A stretch of 64,000 bases of DNA from Candidatus Hermodarchaeum yapensis. GTDB taxonomy: Archaea > Asgardarchaeota > Hermodarchaeia > Hermodarchaeales > Hermodarchaeaceae. Location: the NCBI GenBank assembly GCA_016840405.1, contig JAEOSK010000008.1, positions 28,119 to 92,118 on the forward strand, written 5' to 3'. A program made the translations under genes and the position numbers. The notes under the pieces were generated by a model that searched no databases, had not been told where the DNA came from, and saw nothing but the letters and a program-made list of their open reading frames with translations. This document shows positions 30,524 through 40,259 of this stretch, one piece after another. Position 1 is the stretch's first letter; every line of letters starts with the position of its first letter.

Positions 30524-30740
30524 CCACGAGAAGACCCTACCCTTCAGGAAGATGAGGACTTGTCGAGTTTAAATACATTCCCGGCCTGCTAAGGAGTGAG
30601 TTCCTAGTCCGCGATCCGAGAACCAAGGAAACCCGCGACTGGGCAACATCGCTGGAACGGCGAGTAGAGCCTGTGAACCAGTCGACATTGGTCGATGGGG
30701 TGAACCAGGAAACTCCCTCACTCAGGACGGGGTAGTTCAC
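30524..30740 (+). mobile_element. Non-autonomous IS200/IS605-derived element with TnpB omegaRNA-like scaffold (E1)
   Basis: Degenerate left end CGAGAAGACCC..CTTCAGG and internal TTTAAATA. GCCTGTG...GAACCAGGAA plus a hairpin ends in GGGGTAGTTCAC; GTGAAC/GTTCAC complementarity. Confidence 0.75.
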
Positions 30741-30799
30741 ACTCGGTGGGTTATTCATCAAAGAGTCTTTAAGGAGTGGTTTAACTCTTTATTGCTACA

Positions 30800-31537
30800 A
30801 TGGATCAAACCGCTCGGGAAAATTTGCTCAGAAGTATCGCTGGAGAAATCACTCTTGCAGAGACTCCTGGTCGAGTGATGCGAAAATGGCGTGAGCAATT
30901 TGGGGTAGCACAACATGATCTTGCTAAACAGCTTGACATCTCTCCGTCTGTAATTAGTGATTATGAAAGTGGAAGACGGAAATCGCCACGGGTTGAGACG
31001 ATACGAAAGTTTGCTGAAAGTCTCATCGTTATTGACGAAAGCCGTGGGGGACAAATAGTCAACGCGTTTATTCGCCTTTTAGGACAAGAAATTCCGTCTG
31101 ATATTCTTCTGGATATTCGTGAGTTTCCTGCTTCTATTCCCGCAAAATTGTTGACAGATCATTTGGAGTGCAAAACAATTGTTGACGATGTTATTCCGGA
31201 TAGGGAGATTTTCGGGTACACAACAATCGATAGCCTGAGAGTAATTCTTCAGCTGTCACCAGAACAAATGCTCAAACTATATGGCGCTACACCAAATCGA
31301 GCTGCAATTTTTACTCATATCAGTACAGGGCGGTCGCCCATGGTAGCAATTCGAACATCTCAAATGGGCTTAGGTCCTGCTGTACGACCATCTGTTGTTA
31401 TTTTACATGGTCCAAAAAAGGTTGATTCAGTCGCATGTAAAATTGCTGAAGTTGAAAAGATTCCACTTTATCTATCGATGGTAAAGGAAACTGAAGCCTT
31501 GATTCGTAAGCTTCGAAATTTCAAACCTGAGGTGTAA
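30800..31537 (+). CDS. XRE-HTH archaeal regulator (COG1709-like)
   Basis: IAGEI, RKWRE.F, SVISDYESGRRKSP, STGRSPMVAIR. Confidence 0.92.
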   Translation: MDQTARENLLRSIAGEITLAETPGRVMRKWREQFGVAQHDLAKQLDISPSVISDYESGRRKSPRVETIRKFAESLIVIDESRGGQIVNAFIRLLGQEIPSDILLDIREFPASIPAKLLTDHLECKTIVDDVIPDREIFGYTTIDSLRVILQLSPEQMLKLYGATPNRAAIFTHISTGRSPMVAIRTSQMGLGPAVRPSVVILHGPKKVDSVACKIAEVEKIPLYLSMVKETEALIRKLRNFKPEV

Positions 31538-31545
31538 AGTTCACG

Positions 31546-32313
31546 GTGCATACCCTCTACTTTGTTGGTACTGCTGGCTCTGGTAAATCAACACTCACCC
31601 ATGCTTTTGCCAGTTGGTTAAAGAATGCTAACATCAGCGTGGGAACAGTAAATCTAGATCCTGGGGTTTTGCATCTTCCATATGGGCCAGATATCGATGT
31701 TCGAGATTTTGTCTCTTTACAAGGAATTATGGAAAAGTATAATCTCGGTCCCAATGGAGGATTAATAGCGGCTATAGATTTGATTAGCACACATCTTGAA
31801 ACGTTACAAGAAGAAATCACTGACTTGGGCGTTGATTTTCTTCTTATGGATACTCCAGGTCAAATTGAATTATTTGCCTTTAGAGAAACCGGACCTTTAA
31901 TCGTGTCTAGTCTTGGGGGAGAAAGCAGTATGTTAATCTATCTTGTAGATGCAGCCCTGGGAAAAACTCCCGCAGGATTAGTTTCTTCGCTTCTCCTTTC
32001 AGCTTCAGTGCTAGTCCGCTTTCATCTTTCTCAAGTCAATGTGCTATCAAGAGTCGATTTGCTGAGTGAGGAAGAATTAGAAAAAGTGAATAGTTGGCTG
32101 GATGATCCGATTCAACTGCTTCATGATCTCCAAGAGTCACGAAATGAATTACAGATTGAACTTTCAGGTGAGCTGTTCAATGCGATTCAGAACCTATTTT
32201 CAGGACTAGATCTTGTTCCTCTCTCTGCCGCGCGCCTGGAAACTCTTGAGTTACTATTTTCACATGTTTCGAATACACTGACAGGTGGTGAGGGGTTCGA
32301 AACCTTTCGATAA
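31546..32313 (+). CDS. GPN-loop GTPase
   Basis: GTAGSGKST, NLDPG, LGPNGG, DTPGQIE. Confidence 0.95.
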   Translation: MHTLYFVGTAGSGKSTLTHAFASWLKNANISVGTVNLDPGVLHLPYGPDIDVRDFVSLQGIMEKYNLGPNGGLIAAIDLISTHLETLQEEITDLGVDFLLMDTPGQIELFAFRETGPLIVSSLGGESSMLIYLVDAALGKTPAGLVSSLLLSASVLVRFHLSQVNVLSRVDLLSEEELEKVNSWLDDPIQLLHDLQESRNELQIELSGELFNAIQNLFSGLDLVPLSAARLETLELLFSHVSNTLTGGEGFETFR

Positions 32314-32376
32314 CCTTGTTTTACTAAAAGGTTTTAATTCAGACCTTCTTGTTGTATGACTCATTAGGTGAATTGA

Positions 32377-33081
32377 ATGCCCAAGGTCGATGATATAATA
32401 GCAACAGCCTGTTCCGAAAAACGAACCTATCTTTTGGAAAATGAATCCAAAACAATAATGCAGACCTATGAGATACCAGTAACCAAATTCACGGTAGCTG
32501 AGACAGAGGATGCTGCTGTCAAAGCCGCAGAGAAAATTGGCTATCCCGTTGTCCTAAAGATTTTGAGCCCTGATGTGATTCATAAAAGCGATGTCGGGGG
32601 AGTGCTAATCAACATTAATACTCCCGACGAAGTTCGAAAAGGGTATCAGTCAATCATTAACAATGTTCAAAAACACAAAACTAATGCGAGGATAAAGGGC
32701 ATTTTCGTTGAGGAATTTGCACCCAAGGGAATAGAAGTAATCATTGGAGCATTAAAGGATCCACAATTCGGACCAGCGCTGATGTTCGGATTGGGCGGAA
32801 TTTTCGTAGAAGTGTTAAAAGACGTCAGCTTTCGAGTTGCTCCGATAACCAAATTCGATGCTAAGGAAATGATTCAAGAAATCAAGGGTTACCCAATTCT
32901 CACTGGGATTCGTGGTCAAAAAGCATCAGATGTCACAGCACTAGAAAACATCCTTCTTCAAGTATCAAAATTAGTAATGGATTATCCGGTCATCAATCAG
33001 CTCGATCTTAATCCAGTTTTCTCCTATCCTAAGGGAGCAAAATGTGTTGATGCACGTATTATTTTGGAAGAAAAATCATAG
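32377..33081 (+). CDS. acdB: Acetate--CoA ligase (ADP-forming) beta subunit, ATP-grasp
   Basis: GYPVVLKI.S..HKSDVGGV, DPQFGP..FGLGG, DLNP, VDARI. Confidence 0.92.
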   Translation: MPKVDDIIATACSEKRTYLLENESKTIMQTYEIPVTKFTVAETEDAAVKAAEKIGYPVVLKILSPDVIHKSDVGGVLININTPDEVRKGYQSIINNVQKHKTNARIKGIFVEEFAPKGIEVIIGALKDPQFGPALMFGLGGIFVEVLKDVSFRVAPITKFDAKEMIQEIKGYPILTGIRGQKASDVTALENILLQVSKLVMDYPVINQLDLNPVFSYPKGAKCVDARIILEEKS

Positions 33082-33208
33082 ATTCTCTAACTTTAGTATG
33101 TTTTTTTCTTCAAGGAGGGTAAAGGTCCGTTAGTTTTAAAAATCCCTCTTCTATACACCTTTTTACTCCCGAAACCGCAATAGACGTTTTCTAGAATAAG
33201 GTGGTATA

Positions 33209-34078
33209 GTGGCCGAGGAATCAGTTCTCAGGCTTGCGGAAACAAGCCGACTTACTTCAACGTTACGAGAGAAACGGGACGAGCTTAATACTGAAGCCCA
33301 ACAGCTAGTCAAAGAAAGGGACAGTCTTAATGCCCAAGTAGCCGAATGGCTCTCTAAAGCTCGAGATCATCGTGAAAAACGTGATGAGTACAACCAAAAA
33401 GTATCTGAATTCAAGGCTGAACGAGATGAAATCTATTCTAAACTCAAGGGGAGAGTTGAGGATCATCAAGACACTGAGGGCGAAGCTGAAGAAATTCAGA
33501 AAAAAACTTCTGCTCCCTCTCATGTTCTTCGTCGAAAAGTTCGGGAGCTTGATTGGTCACTGCAAACTCAAGTGCTGGACTTAAAACGCGAGCGAGAGAT
33601 CATTGAACAAATTGCAGAACTAGAAGAAGAGCTCAAGATAGCAGAAGACGCAGCTGCAATGCGAAAAGAAAGTGCAAAAGCGCGGTCTGAAATTGAAGAC
33701 CTTCGGCTTCTCATGAATGCTCATCATAATTCAGTTCTTGAATTTGCTCGCCTCTCTCAAGAGGAAAATCAGCTTATGATTGAAGCCTATGCAGAAGTTG
33801 ACACTCTGCGAAAACGAGCAGATGAAGCCCATCGCCGGTATCTCGAAACACGTCGTGAAGCCGACGAAACCCATCGTCGATTCATAGAAGCTAAGCAAGA
33901 GAATAGCCGTTTAAGGAAGGAATTAGGAGAAATCCGCGTAAGAAGACGTGTAGAAAAACTTCAGGAATTAGAGGATCGCCTTGAAGAAAAGGTTGCAATA
34001 GCACTGGAAAAGTTCAAACGTGGCGAACGTCTTACCATGGAAGAATTTTCACTGTTAATGAAACGCGGGTTATTGTAA
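33209..34078 (+). CDS. Archaeal coiled-coil protein (COG1340-like)
   Basis: EKRDELN repeats, LQT..L...E, KFKRGERLT.EE. Confidence 0.85.
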   Translation: MAEESVLRLAETSRLTSTLREKRDELNTEAQQLVKERDSLNAQVAEWLSKARDHREKRDEYNQKVSEFKAERDEIYSKLKGRVEDHQDTEGEAEEIQKKTSAPSHVLRRKVRELDWSLQTQVLDLKREREIIEQIAELEEELKIAEDAAAMRKESAKARSEIEDLRLLMNAHHNSVLEFARLSQEENQLMIEAYAEVDTLRKRADEAHRRYLETRREADETHRRFIEAKQENSRLRKELGEIRVRRRVEKLQELEDRLEEKVAIALEKFKRGERLTMEEFSLLMKRGLL

Positions 34079-34084
34079 AGAATA

Positions 34085-34504
34085 TTACAAGCTCATTGGC
34101 AGAACAATATCTGCCGCATTTTGGAGTCCTCGATTAACATAATTTGCAGAGTGCAACAAAATGACTTCTTTTCCAATCTCTCTTGCTCGACTAAAAAGTG
34201 GTAATAATTTCTCATTTTCGGTGGCAAGAGCTAAGATTTCAATTTTCTCATTATAAATCAGTTCCATGGCTTCGAGGGCAAATTGAATATCAAGGTCATT
34301 ATGAACAATCACAGGAATGAATCCTTCTTGATTGATGTTGTTCGAATGTTCCAGTGCCTCTTGTTGTAGTAACACAATTTTAGCGACCTTAATGTCGCCT
34401 ATCTCTTCCAGCAAAGGTCGAATTCGGATTAGAATATCGGGAAGAGGAGTCGAAGTGCTACTATCAATTAACAATGCAATTGCCTTACTCTTTTTTCTTC
34501 GTAT
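34085..34504 (-). CDS. Degenerate NYN/PIN-like domain protein; probable ATA start at 34504
   Basis: IALLID, DLDIQFALEAME, LAT....LPL...ARE.GKEV, LQNAAD; GGAGG 8 nt upstream of ATA. Confidence 0.7.
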   Translation of the reverse strand: MRRKKSKAIALLIDSSTSTPLPDILIRIRPLLEEIGDIKVAKIVLLQQEALEHSNNINQEGFIPVIVHNDLDIQFALEAMELIYNEKIEILALATENEKLLPLFSRAREIGKEVILLHSANYVNRGLQNAADIVLPMSL

Positions 34505-34516
34505 TGTTGTTTCCTC

Positions 34517-35284
34517 CTAATTCCCAAATCGCCGTTCTCTTCGCTGAAATGTACGGAGTGCACGCCAGAAATCAATCTTTCGAATCTCAGGCCAATATAC
34601 ATCTGCAAAATAGAGTTCAGAATATGCTGATTGCCATAATAAAAATCCGGACAAGCGTTCTTCTCCGGATGTTCGAATAATGAGCTCCGGATCTGCAATG
34701 CCTGCGGTGTATAAATGCTGTTCGATTATTTCATCAGAAATTGCCATTGGATTAATATCGCCGGTTTGAACTTTTTCTGCAATACGTTTTACAGCATCTA
34801 CAATTTCAGTTCGCCCGCCATAACCGATGGCTACATTCAACTGAAATTTGTCATATCCCGCGGTTACCTCTTCTGCTTCACTTATAGCAGCTAATAATTT
34901 GGGTGGTAGTAATGATAGTTGACCAATCGCCCGAACCCTGACTTGGTGACGATGAACAACCTCTGACCGTGCAACGGTTTCAAACCTATCTTGGGCTATT
35001 TCCATGATGTGTTGAACTTCTTCCTTTTTTCGAGAAAAATTCTCGGTCGAAAAAGCATAGATTGTAACGACGTTTATCCCAGCATCAAAACACCAATCGA
35101 GAACTTCATCGATACGTTCTGCACCCATTGTGTGCCCAAAATCTGCTTCTTGACTGCGTTGCTTGGCATAGCGGCGGTTCCCATCTAGAATAATTCCTAC
35201 GTGATTTGGCATAGAATTATCTTTGATTTGGCGCCAAAGATACCAGGAATATAGGTGGTAGATGGGTCCCATCATGTTTGCCAC
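34517..35284 (-). CDS. uppS: cis-prenyltransferase (UppS family)
   Basis: HVGIILDGNRR, YAFSTENF, IRTSGEERLSGFLLWQ, RRFG. Confidence 0.97.
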   Translation of the reverse strand: MANMMGPIYHLYSWYLWRQIKDNSMPNHVGIILDGNRRYAKQRSQEADFGHTMGAERIDEVLDWCFDAGINVVTIYAFSTENFSRKKEEVQHIMEIAQDRFETVARSEVVHRHQVRVRAIGQLSLLPPKLLAAISEAEEVTAGYDKFQLNVAIGYGGRTEIVDAVKRIAEKVQTGDINPMAISDEIIEQHLYTAGIADPELIIRTSGEERLSGFLLWQSAYSELYFADVYWPEIRKIDFWRALRTFQRRERRFGN

Positions 35285-35361
35285 AGTCTAGTCCCCGGGT
35301 AGAGCCAAAAGGCAGCGATATTTAACCTTTCGTTTTACGAAGTATCTATTTAATTATGTTT

Positions 35362-35654
35362 GCGAGAAGTCCCTTGTCTTCGGGTAGAGAATGCCTCGTG
35401 GTGTTTATAAGACCTCTTGTATCAACTCTAGTATGCCCGACTGGAGCACTGTACACCAGGCATTACGTGGCAGGGCGGCATCTACGCAGATGAAGCCCCC
35501 TCCGGCATGTGCAAGAAATTCCCCTGCCTAAGGGGCCGGTGTGGGGCGGAACAACGTCAGAACCTAGCAAGTTACGGGCCAAACGCGCCTCGGCGACGAG
35601 CGTAACCCGAAGGAACAGTCCGAAACCCCTTCCTTCAGGGAGGGGAGGATGTCA
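35362..35654 (+). mobile_element. Non-autonomous IS200/IS605-derived element with structured RNA (E2)
   Basis: Left end GCGAGAAGTCCC..CTTCGGG, TTTATAA box, several GC hairpins; right end GAAACCCCTTCCTTCAGGGAGGGGAGGATGTCA. Confidence 0.75.
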
Positions 35655-35683
35655 TGCTCTCTCATCATTCCTAAAAGATTTGG

Positions 35684-36388
35684 TTAGAACACTTGGCGGG
35701 CAAATTGTAACGACAGTTGTATTTCTCGTTGACCACCTTTTAATGCAATACCCATGTGTCCGGGTAACAGCATTTCTACCGGCAGCTCTGCTAGTCTGGC
35801 AATTGATTGGGTCAGCTGCTTCCCATTACCTGTAGGTAAATCGGCACGACCAAAGGAGCCATGTCGAAATACTACATCACCCGAAATCAAAAGCTGATGA
35901 TTTGGTTCATAAAAGCACAAACTCCCAATACTATGACCAGGAGTATGCAAAACCTGGAAGGTGAAATCACCTACTTCGACAACATCACCGTCGTGAAGCT
36001 TCTTCGCTACTTCAATTGGGGGTAATCGATTGCCCAACATGCTCCCATAAACGACTGTATCATCACCTTGCTCCAGAAACGAACCTTCCTCTTCTGACAC
36101 CCAAATCTCTACATTTTTCGCATCCTTTTGAAACAGAGGTGTCGACCCAGAATGGTCTAAATGGGTATGAGTTAGAATGAGTCGGTTCAAATCACGTAAA
36201 TTTAAACCCAAGTCCCTGATGGCAAGAACTGTTTCCTGATAGAAATTTTGAAGCCCAGCATCAAACAACACAAAGCGATTACCATCAGCAACTAAGAAGA
36301 TATTACTATCCGGTAACATCGCTTCTCGAGCTAGGATCCAATAAAATCCATCCAACACTTTCTGCACAGCTTTCGGAGCCATAATCAT
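35684..36388 (-). CDS. MBL-fold metallo-hydrolase
   Basis: THTHLDH, HTPGHS, SGD, PGH. Confidence 0.95.
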   Translation of the reverse strand: MIMAPKAVQKVLDGFYWILAREAMLPDSNIFLVADGNRFVLFDAGLQNFYQETVLAIRDLGLNLRDLNRLILTHTHLDHSGSTPLFQKDAKNVEIWVSEEEGSFLEQGDDTVVYGSMLGNRLPPIEVAKKLHDGDVVEVGDFTFQVLHTPGHSIGSLCFYEPNHQLLISGDVVFRHGSFGRADLPTGNGKQLTQSIARLAELPVEMLLPGHMGIALKGGQREIQLSLQFARQVF

Positions 36389-36600
36389 TCAAGTCCGTAA
36401 CATCTAGTTCAATTCATTGGCGCTTCTTGAGAGAACTAGCGTTCCCACATACAACCACCATCAAAAGTTTTTTCCACAAACAGGCACGGTCAACCGCTCT
36501 TTTCTTTATATGCCCCCATGTTACACAGACCTAGAAGTGGATAATATCCTGACACATACGAAGGAAGTACCCACCCTTATACTCCAACACGTCGCAGAAA

Positions 36601-36698
36601 GGGCTTGAGCTCTCCCAAGACCTGTAAAAGGTCATGAAGAGACTAAAATCTCTTCGTCCCAGTCCCTAAGGCCCGCAAGGGCCTTAGTCACTTTTTTT
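36601..36698. other. Cluster of hairpins (structured RNA or terminator module)
   Basis: GACCT/AGGTC, GAAGAGA/TCTCTTC and CTAAGGCCC-GCAA-GGGCCTTAG followed by a T-run. Confidence 0.45.
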
Positions 36699-36705
36699 GA
36701 CTTTT

Positions 36706-37278
36706 CTAGCATTTAGCGAAGCGCTGGCTTTGCCAGGGATCTGCGTCTTGGTGGTATCCACGTTTTTCCCAGTACCCGAGTTCGAGGTCTTTAAGAAATG
36801 TGATACGGCGAACCCACTTGACACTTTTGTAGGCATAAAGGCGGGGAATGATGAGGCGGAGGGGCCAACCATCTTCGGCACGCATGGGTTCGCCGTTGCG
36901 ATTCCAAGCAAGGAGGACATCCTCTTCCATGAGAACAGGAAGCGCGATAGCAGAGGTGTATTCGTGTTCAGCATGAAAGAGTACATGCTTTGCCGAAGGT
37001 TTGGGTTTTACAAGGTTGGCAATTTCTTTGAAAAGCACTCCTTCCCATTGATTATCTTTAACAGACCAACCTTCGACACAATGGAAATCACTAGTTTGAG
37101 TAGTGATTGGAAGCTTGTGGATTTCTTGATAAGAAAGGACTAATTGTTTGCTAACTTCACCATCAATTGTGAGCGTCCAGGTTTCAGGGTCAAAAGAGTC
37201 AGGCATTTGCTCAGCTGTTCGTACTGGGAATCCGGTAATCCATCGCTGACCAGGAGGAAGGCGTGGTTTTTTTGTCAT
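36706..37278 (-). CDS. Molybdopterin-dependent oxidoreductase (sulfite oxidase/MsrP-like)
   Basis: LPPGQ, DFHCVEGWS, G.PLRL, YAYKSVKW, GYWE.RGY. Confidence 0.92.
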   Translation of the reverse strand: MTKKPRLPPGQRWITGFPVRTAEQMPDSFDPETWTLTIDGEVSKQLVLSYQEIHKLPITTQTSDFHCVEGWSVKDNQWEGVLFKEIANLVKPKPSAKHVLFHAEHEYTSAIALPVLMEEDVLLAWNRNGEPMRAEDGWPLRLIIPRLYAYKSVKWVRRITFLKDLELGYWEKRGYHQDADPWQSQRFAKC

Positions 37279-37331
37279 TTATCTACACCTGAGGAACATC
37301 CACACTAATCCCTTAGAAATAGATTTCGAAT

Positions 37332-40205
37332 CTAAAAGGCGATTCCACGTTTTCGACAGCCCCACTTAACGAGCTCCATCCCGAAGATAGCAGGACTGGC
37401 AAGAAGAAAAGCTACAAGCCAATCGAAGGGAACAAGAGGTACAATTTGGAAATCGATTCCGAAGCTGGCAAGGATTAGAGTGGCCTCAGGGACATACATC
37501 AATCCAATCAGCATGAGGAAGACTAACCCAATGAGGGCATAGATGAGCCAACTACTTTCATAGCGAATCGAACGCAACATGGATTGATTGATCCTGCGGA
37601 TACTCAGAATCATTAAGGACTCAGCAAAGAGAAGGACAAGAATAGTCATCACCAGTGCTTTTTCAACAGCTTCAGGGCTGAAGGGTTCTAAATGGGTACT
37701 CCCAGGTAGGAGCGCGACAGTAGAAAAGTAGTAGGCGCATGTAGCACCAATGAAAATGAGAAATGCGTTGAGGAGAAGATATCCCCCAAGACTTCGAGTG
37801 ATAATTGATTCAGTGTCGCGTGGTTTTTCTTCCATGACATATTTTGCCGATCGATCAAACACCAAGGCGAGCCCTGGCCAAGTATGGCTTGAGAGAGTGA
37901 GAAAGATGTGTTGAGCGGGTGTAAGAAGAGGAATGCCCAGTAGGAAAGTGCCGAAGAACAGTATTGATTCGCCAACGTTAATGCAAATGTAGAAGAATAT
38001 CATTACTCGAATTTTGTTGAAGAGCCCGCGACCCTGTCGGATACCTTCAACAATTGAGTTGTAGCTGTCATCAGCTATTATCATATCAGCGGCTTCTTTA
38101 GCTACATCAGTGCCTGTAATGCCCATTGCAACACCGACATCACCCATGCTTAATGCAAGGGCATCATTTACACCATCCCCCGTTACGGCAACCGCTCGCT
38201 TAGCTGCTTGATATCGTTGTACAATGACTTGTTTATCTTCGGGATCAACACGTGCGAAGACACCAATTTGATTGAATTTTATATCATCGATATTGAGAGC
38301 ATCCTTTCCTTCGACAACGAGATCATCTTTACCGATAATCGCAAGTTGACGACCAATGGTTTCCGCTGTTGCTGCCGCATCGCCTGTAATCATGACCGTT
38401 TTGACGCCCGCATTAGCCACCTCTAAAACAGCTTCGCGAACACCTTCACGGGGTGGATCGACGATACACACGAAACCCACATAGGTTAGGTCTTGCTCAA
38501 TTGTGTCTCGAAGAGCCTGACCACGCCCTGTTGGTAGTTCTTCAAAACGACGAATGGCAATTGAAAGGACCCTGTATCCCCCTGCTGCATACTCATTCGC
38601 ATATCGTTCGATTTCTTTTGCGTCCTTCTTTTTGAGCCGTTTCATATATCGATCGTCACCGATTTGACTACTCCTAGAAAGCAAGGTATCTGTTGCCCCT
38701 TTGACGAAGGCGACGTACCCACCTTCTGGATGAGTAAAGACGCGGGTCATTCGTTTTAACCGTGAATCAAAGGGATAATTTTGAACCATCTTATACGAGG
38801 CGTGAAGAGCGTCTTCGTTAATACCGCTTTTTCTAAGAAGAACAAGGAGAGCAGCCTCGGTGGGATCTCCAATTGCTCGCCATTGAGGGGTGTCTGTATC
38901 CAAATCAGTTTCTTCCAAAACGTGGGCATCGTTGTTTAGCGCTCCGACACGGACAAGTAAGGCGAGTTGATCATAGTCTTCGATATCTACCCTGGTTTCC
39001 TGTTTCGAATCCTCTTTAGATTGAGGATTTTGAGTAATTAGAATTTCACCTCGTGGATTGTAGCCTTCGCCCGTGACTTGGAAGAGACGAGATCCGTCCC
39101 AAATAAGGCTTACCATCATCTCACTACGCGTTAGTGTGCCTGTTTTATCGGTACAAATAACGCTGACACGCCCGAGACTTTCAACAGCGGAAAGGTCGCT
39201 GACAATGACACCAACACCGGCCATAGCCAAAACGCCTGTGAGCAGAATGATTGTAGTGAGAAGTGGTATGTTAATGGGCATGACAGTCATAGCGTTGATG
39301 ATGGCTTCAACCGCGAGTTGAGGTAGAGTTAGAATATGTCCATCAACTGGACGGGGAAATAGTATGAAGGAACCAAAACCTAGTATCGCGAGGAAAATGG
39401 CTGTACCTCCAAGGTAGAGCGCGAGACGGTTGACCTTACGTCGGAGTGGGATGTCACCTGTATTGAGAGTTTCCAGACCTTGACTGATATCTCCAATTTG
39501 GGTATTTTCCCCGGTTCCAGTTACCAGATACTGTCCAGAGCCCGTCGCTACGTAGGTTCCACAATAGACCATATTATTGCGCGAATGTAAAGGTGTATCT
39601 GGATTAAGGGGAGCTCTTGCATCGGTCTTTTCAACAGGTGTACTTTCACCGGTAAGGGAAGCTTCAACCACAGTGAGCTGATGAGCCTCTAAAAGCCGGC
39701 CATCAGCGGGAATTCGGTCTCCCTGAGCAAGAACAATGATATCTCCAGGAACCACTTGGTCTGCAGGAATTTCCCTTTTTATTCCCTCCCGGATCACCAT
39801 CGTAGTATCTGCAGTGAGAGATTGAAGAGCTTCTAACTTCTTTTGGGCGCGGTATTGTTGAACGATGGCTAAGATGGCGTTAAATGCAATAATAACAATC
39901 CAAACGACAATATTCGCAGTGCCTCCGGTATCATAGAAAAACACAATAACGACTAAAATGCCAATAACAATGAGGTAAATCAGAATTAGACCGTTTAGAA
40001 TAGGTGCCAGATAAACCTGCCAAAAGGATCCTCGAATTCGAGGAAGGATATTAGGTCCGTATTTGTCCAACCTTTGAATGGCTTCACCACTCATTAACCC
40101 GTGAGTAGCATCGGTTTCAAGATTCCTCTCAATTGTTGCCACGTTCTGAGCATGGGGATAAGGATCAACCATTTCTGAAGATTGAGTCTCTCCGCTGGAT
40201 GACAT
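37332..40205 (-). CDS. P-type II cation-transporting ATPase
   Basis: TGES, DKTGTLT, KGA, DPPR, TGD, GDGVND. Confidence 0.95.
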   Translation of the reverse strand: MSSSGETQSSEMVDPYPHAQNVATIERNLETDATHGLMSGEAIQRLDKYGPNILPRIRGSFWQVYLAPILNGLILIYLIVIGILVVIVFFYDTGGTANIVVWIVIIAFNAILAIVQQYRAQKKLEALQSLTADTTMVIREGIKREIPADQVVPGDIIVLAQGDRIPADGRLLEAHQLTVVEASLTGESTPVEKTDARAPLNPDTPLHSRNNMVYCGTYVATGSGQYLVTGTGENTQIGDISQGLETLNTGDIPLRRKVNRLALYLGGTAIFLAILGFGSFILFPRPVDGHILTLPQLAVEAIINAMTVMPINIPLLTTIILLTGVLAMAGVGVIVSDLSAVESLGRVSVICTDKTGTLTRSEMMVSLIWDGSRLFQVTGEGYNPRGEILITQNPQSKEDSKQETRVDIEDYDQLALLVRVGALNNDAHVLEETDLDTDTPQWRAIGDPTEAALLVLLRKSGINEDALHASYKMVQNYPFDSRLKRMTRVFTHPEGGYVAFVKGATDTLLSRSSQIGDDRYMKRLKKKDAKEIERYANEYAAGGYRVLSIAIRRFEELPTGRGQALRDTIEQDLTYVGFVCIVDPPREGVREAVLEVANAGVKTVMITGDAAATAETIGRQLAIIGKDDLVVEGKDALNIDDIKFNQIGVFARVDPEDKQVIVQRYQAAKRAVAVTGDGVNDALALSMGDVGVAMGITGTDVAKEAADMIIADDSYNSIVEGIRQGRGLFNKIRVMIFFYICINVGESILFFGTFLLGIPLLTPAQHIFLTLSSHTWPGLALVFDRSAKYVMEEKPRDTESIITRSLGGYLLLNAFLIFIGATCAYYFSTVALLPGSTHLEPFSPEAVEKALVMTILVLLFAESLMILSIRRINQSMLRSIRYESSWLIYALIGLVFLMLIGLMYVPEATLILASFGIDFQIVPLVPFDWLVAFLLASPAIFGMELVKWGCRKRGIAF

Positions 40206-40259
40206 CCGGCTTAACCTAGAAGGGTTTGTGTTGCCTTTGCTTAAAAGTGAATTGCGACG

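Noticed and set aside
30537-30761. Short ORFs over the IS-derived elements (also 35509-35835 and 59111-59634)
   Set aside because: No protein motifs; better explained as structured RNA or IS remnants.
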